From: Pseudomonadota bacterium | Lineage (GTDB): Bacteria > Pseudomonadota > Gammaproteobacteria > SURF-13 | Assembly: GCA_027624315.1 (NCBI GenBank) | Contig: JAQBXX010000002.1 | Coordinates: 7,852-71,851 of the forward strand | DNA: 64,000 nucleotides | Direction of reading: 5' to 3' | Shown: piece after piece, positions 60,565 to 64,000 of the stretch | How the letters are laid out: every line of letters starts with the position of its first letter | Position numbering within the stretch: the stretch's first letter is position 1 | Program-made: the position numbers and the translations under genes | The notes under the pieces: model-generated | What the model was told of the DNA's origin: nothing | The model's input: only the letters and a program-made list of their open reading frames with translations | The model's database searches: none

Positions 60565-61821
60565 ATGAACCTCACTGAACTCAAACAAAAATCACCCTCT
60601 GATCTGATCGACCTCGCCCAGTCCATGGGCATCGAAGGCATGGCGCGCTCGCGCAAGCAGGAAGTCATCTTCGCCATACTCAAGGCGCACGCGCATAAAG
60701 GCGAAGACATCTCCGGCGACGGCGTGCTGGAAATCCTGCAAGACGGCTACGGCTTTCTGCGCTCGGCGGACAGCTCCTATCTGGCCGGCCCCGACGACAT
60801 CTACGTCTCGCCCAGCCAAGTGCGGCGCTTCAACCTGCGCACCGGTGACACCGTCTCCGGCAAGATCCGGCCGCCCAAAGAGGGCGAGCGCTATTTCGCC
60901 CTGCTCAAGGTCAACGAAATCAATTTCGAAGCACCGGAAAACTCCAAGAACAAGGTGCTGTTTGAAAACCTGACGCCGCTGTTCCCCAATGAGCGTCTCA
61001 GCCTCGAAATCGGCAACGGCACCACCGAGGATCTCACCGCGCGCGTCATCGACCTCATCTCGCCCATCGGCAAGGGCCAGCGCGGCTTGATCGTCTCGCC
61101 GCCCAAGGCGGGCAAGACCATGATGCTGCAGAACATCGCGCACTCCATCGCCGCCAAACATCCGGAATGTTATTTGATCGTGCTGCTCATCGACGAGCGT
61201 CCGGAGGAAGTCACCGAGATGCAGCGCTCGGTGAAGGGCGAGGTGGTCTCCAGCACCTTTGATGAACCGGCGACCCGTCACGTGCAGGTGGCGGAGATGG
61301 TGATCGAGAAGGCCAAGCGCCTGGTGGAACACAAGCGTGACGTGGTCATCCTGCTCGACTCCATCACCCGCCTGGGCCGCGCCTACAACACCGTGGTGCC
61401 CGCCTCGGGCAAGGTGCTCACCGGCGGCGTAGACGCCAACGCCCTGCAACGCCCCAAGCGCTTTTTCGGCGCGGCGCGCAACATCGAGGAAGGCGGCTCG
61501 CTCACCATCATCGCCACTGCGCTGGTGGATACCGGCTCCAAGATGGATGATGTGATTTACGAAGAATTCAAGGGCACCGGCAACATGGAGGTGCACCTCG
61601 ACCGCAAGATGGCGGAAAAGCGTGTTTACCCCTCGATCAACATCAACCGCTCCGGCACGCGGCGTGAAGAGCTGCTCACCAAGCCGGATGAATTGCAGAA
61701 GATGTGGATACTGCGCAAGCTGCTGCATCCGATGGACGAACTTGCGGCGATGGAATTCCTGCTGGAAAAACTCAAAACGACCAAGGTCAACTCCGAGTTC
61801 TTCGATTCAATGAAGCGTTGA
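60565..61821 (+). CDS. rho: Transcription termination factor Rho
   Basis: 418 aa, [25 protein letters not shown], Walker [11 protein letters not shown]. Near-identity to E. coli Rho. Confidence 0.95.
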   Translation: MNLTELKQKSPSDLIDLAQSMGIEGMARSRKQEVIFAILKAHAHKGEDISGDGVLEILQDGYGFLRSADSSYLAGPDDIYVSPSQVRRFNLRTGDTVSGKIRPPKEGERYFALLKVNEINFEAPENSKNKVLFENLTPLFPNERLSLEIGNGTTEDLTARVIDLISPIGKGQRGLIVSPPKAGKTMMLQNIAHSIAAKHPECYLIVLLIDERPEEVTEMQRSVKGEVVSSTFDEPATRHVQVAEMVIEKAKRLVEHKRDVVILLDSITRLGRAYNTVVPASGKVLTGGVDANALQRPKRFFGAARNIEEGGSLTIIATALVDTGSKMDDVIYEEFKGTGNMEVHLDRKMAEKRVYPSININRSGTRREELLTKPDELQKMWILRKLLHPMDELAAMEFLLEKLKTTKVNSEFFDSMKR

Positions 61822-61917
61822 ACGGCAGAGAAAAGTTAAAGCCTGAAAATGTTTGCACCAGGGCGGCTGTGAAATAATTCAATCCTTTGCTCTTGCCTCT
61901 TGCCTCTTTTCTCTGCC

Positions 61918-64000
61918 TTAAATCGGGCACTGCAACGTCACCTCTACCGGCGCGACGTTCCATATCTCTTCGGCATATTCACGGATAGTCCGGTCGCTGG
62001 AGAATTTTCCCATGCCCGCCGTATTCAGTATCGCCTTGCGCGTCCACTCTTCCTGATCGCCGTACAGCTGCGCCACCTGCTCCTGACACGCCACATAGGA
62101 CGCATAATCGGCGAGCAACAGATAATGATCGCCGCCATCGAGCAGGTTGTGAATGATGGGGTGATACAAGGCGGGCGCATCGGCTGAAAAAAATCCCGAG
62201 CCGATCATGTCGAGCGCCTGCCTGAGCTCGCTGTTGGCGTGGTAGTAATCCCGGGGCCGGTAGCCCTCGCCACGCAGCCGCCGCACTTCTTCGGTGGTGA
62301 GGCCGAAGATAAAGATATTGTCCGCCCCCACCTCGTCGCGTATCTCGACATTGGCGCCGTCCAGCGTACCGATGGTGAGCGCACCGTTCAACGCGAACTT
62401 CATGTTGCCGGTGCCGGAGGCCTCGGTGCCGGCGGTGGAAATCTGCTCCGACAAATCCGCCGCGGGAATAATATCGAGCGCGGTGGAGACGTTGTAGTTC
62501 GGGATAAACACCACCTTGAGCCGATCGCGGACGTTGGGGTTGTTGTTCACGACGTCAGCCACGTCGTTAATCAGCTTGATGATCAGCTTGGCCATCGCAT
62601 AAGCGGGCGCGGCCTTGCCGCCGAACACCACGGTGCGCGGCACGATGCCGTCTCCGCCGTTGGCGCGGATGCGATTGTAGAGCGTGATCACATGCAGCAG
62701 ATTAAGCAACTGGCGCTTGTACTCATGGATGCGTTTGACATGCACATCGAACAGCGAGTCGATGTTGACCTCGATGCCGAGACGCTGCTGGATCAGCCGC
62801 GCCAGGCGCTCCTTGTTGGCACGCTTGGCGGCACGGAACGCAGCGCGGAAGGTGCGATCCGCCGCCAGCGGCGCAAGCTTTCTCAGTTCATCCAGATTCG
62901 TGAGCCAGCCACTGCCGATGTGCGAGCTGATGAGTTGCGTGAGCGGCAGGTTGGCCTGGTTGAGCCACAGACGCGGCGTGATGCCGTTGGTCTTGTTGAC
63001 GATGCGGCCCGGAAAGTTGCGCTCGAAATCGGAGAACAGCGTGGTCTTCAGCAGATGTGTGTGCAGCGCCGCCACGCCATTGACCTTGTGGCTGCCGACG
63101 ATGGCGAGATGCGCCATGCGCACGCGCTGCTCGCCGTCCTCATGGATGATCGACATGCGGCGCAGCAAGTCCAAATCACCGGGATGCCGGTGGATCACCT
63201 GCCTCAGAAAATGATGATTGATCTCGAAGATGATCTGCAAATGGCGCGGCAGCATGACCTCGAACAGGGCAGCCGGCCAGGTCTCCAGCGCCTCCGGCAA
63301 CAGTGTGTGGTTGGTGTAGGAGAAGGTGCGCTGGGTGATGTCCCACGCACGCTCCCACGGCACAGTGTATTTGTCGACCAGCAGCCGCATCAGCTCCGGA
63401 ATGGCAATCGCCGGATGGGTGTCGTTCAGCTGGATCGCCACCTTGTCGGGCAGCTTGCCGATGTCGTCGTGTACTTTGTGAAAACGCGCGAGGATGTCCT
63501 GCAACGAGGCCGAAACGAAGAAATACTCCTGCTTCAAACGCAGGCCGCGGCCCATGCTCGTGGTGTCGTCGGGGTAGAGCACCTTGGAAATGCTCTCCGA
63601 GGCACTCTTGTCCTGCACTGCGCGGATGTAATCACCATCGTTGAAATATTTGAGATCGAAATCGCGCGAAGACTTGCTCGCCCACAGGCGCATGTTGTTC
63701 ACGGTGTTGGTGCCGTAGCCGGGGACCGGGGTGTCGTAGGCCATGGCCAGCACCTCCTCGCCGTCGACCCACTGGAAGTGCGACTTGCCGTGCTCATCCA
63801 CGTAGTCCACCACGCGCCCGAAAAAGTGCACCGGGTAGAGCATCTCGGGGCGCGCGAACTCCCACGGATTGCCGTAGCGCAGCCAGTTGTCCGGGTGTTC
63901 AACCTGATGGCCGCTCTCGATACCCTGATGGAACATGCCGTATTCGTAACGGATACCGTAGCCATAACCGGGCAGGCCCAGCGTGGCCATCGAGTCGAGA
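61918..64000 (-). CDS. glgP: Glycogen/maltodextrin phosphorylase (C-terminal ~690 aa; the N-terminus lies beyond the window end)
   Basis: The PLP-site region EASGTGNMKFALNG and extensive GT35-family conservation. The ORF runs off the window at 64000. Confidence 0.9.
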   Translation of the reverse strand, partial: LDSMATLGLPGYGYGIRYEYGMFHQGIESGHQVEHPDNWLRYGNPWEFARPEMLYPVHFFGRVVDYVDEHGKSHFQWVDGEEVLAMAYDTPVPGYGTNTVNNMRLWASKSSRDFDLKYFNDGDYIRAVQDKSASESISKVLYPDDTTSMGRGLRLKQEYFFVSASLQDILARFHKVHDDIGKLPDKVAIQLNDTHPAIAIPELMRLLVDKYTVPWERAWDITQRTFSYTNHTLLPEALETWPAALFEVMLPRHLQIIFEINHHFLRQVIHRHPGDLDLLRRMSIIHEDGEQRVRMAHLAIVGSHKVNGVAALHTHLLKTTLFSDFERNFPGRIVNKTNGITPRLWLNQANLPLTQLISSHIGSGWLTNLDELRKLAPLAADRTFRAAFRAAKRANKERLARLIQQRLGIEVNIDSLFDVHVKRIHEYKRQLLNLLHVITLYNRIRANGGDGIVPRTVVFGGKAAPAYAMAKLIIKLINDVADVVNNNPNVRDRLKVVFIPNYNVSTALDIIPAADLSEQISTAGTEASGTGNMKFALNGALTIGTLDGANVEIRDEVGADNIFIFGLTTEEVRRLRGEGYRPRDYYHANSELRQALDMIGSGFFSADAPALYHPIIHNLLDGGDHYLLLADYASYVACQEQVAQLYGDQEEWTRKAILNTAGMGKFSSDRTIREYAEEIWNVAPVEVTLQCPI

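Noticed and set aside
60592-61728. 378-aa ORF on the - strand
   Set aside because: It is antisense to rho.

Overview
This 64-kb window is a GC-rich (~65%) core-chromosome segment from a proteobacterium. The order hisGDCBHAF-IE-hinT-tatABC next to mla-ibaG-murA, plus the yraL-yraP block, fits a betaproteobacterium or a basal gammaproteobacterium. It is densely packed with recognisable housekeeping genes. I found no CRISPR array, no prophage and no IS element.

The housekeeping genes, in order:
- rnd (partial), mpl, a DedA-PAP2 fusion, and dapF-yigA-xerC
- lspA-ileS-ribF, murJ and rpsT
- mlaFEDCB, an ABC-2 exporter pair, ibaG and murA
- the complete his operon hisGDCBHAF...IE, then a HIT gene and tatABC
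- a DegS/AlgW-like protease
- a complete alternative complex III cluster (actA-B1-B2-C-D-E-F)
- sspAB, the dolP-diaA-yraN-lpoA / rsmI block, moaA, queH and tRNA-Thr(CGT)
- a Fur-family regulator and thiO
- a type IV minor-pilin cluster (pilE, fimT, pilW, pilX, pilV)
- ispH, mtnB, mtnD, rhlB, trxA, rho and glgP (partial)

The most interesting signals:
- A ~2-kb low-GC island sits between hisF and hisI. It carries one 562-aa DUF262(DGQQR)-DUF1524(His-Me finger) protein, which looks like a GmrSD-like type IV restriction nuclease or a stand-alone defense gene.
- A 64-bp MITE-like palindromic element is inserted in-frame inside hisF, lengthening a loop of the enzyme. The same element occurs downstream of mpl.
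- An ABC ATPase gene is interrupted by an in-frame TAA and probably also a 3-prime frameshift.
- A repeat-containing gene at the end of the pilin cluster is split over two frames.
- There are several families of REP/MITE-like intergenic hairpin repeats. One family is flanked by very long perfect palindromes.
- The sspA-sspB spacer is unusually long and full of hairpins.
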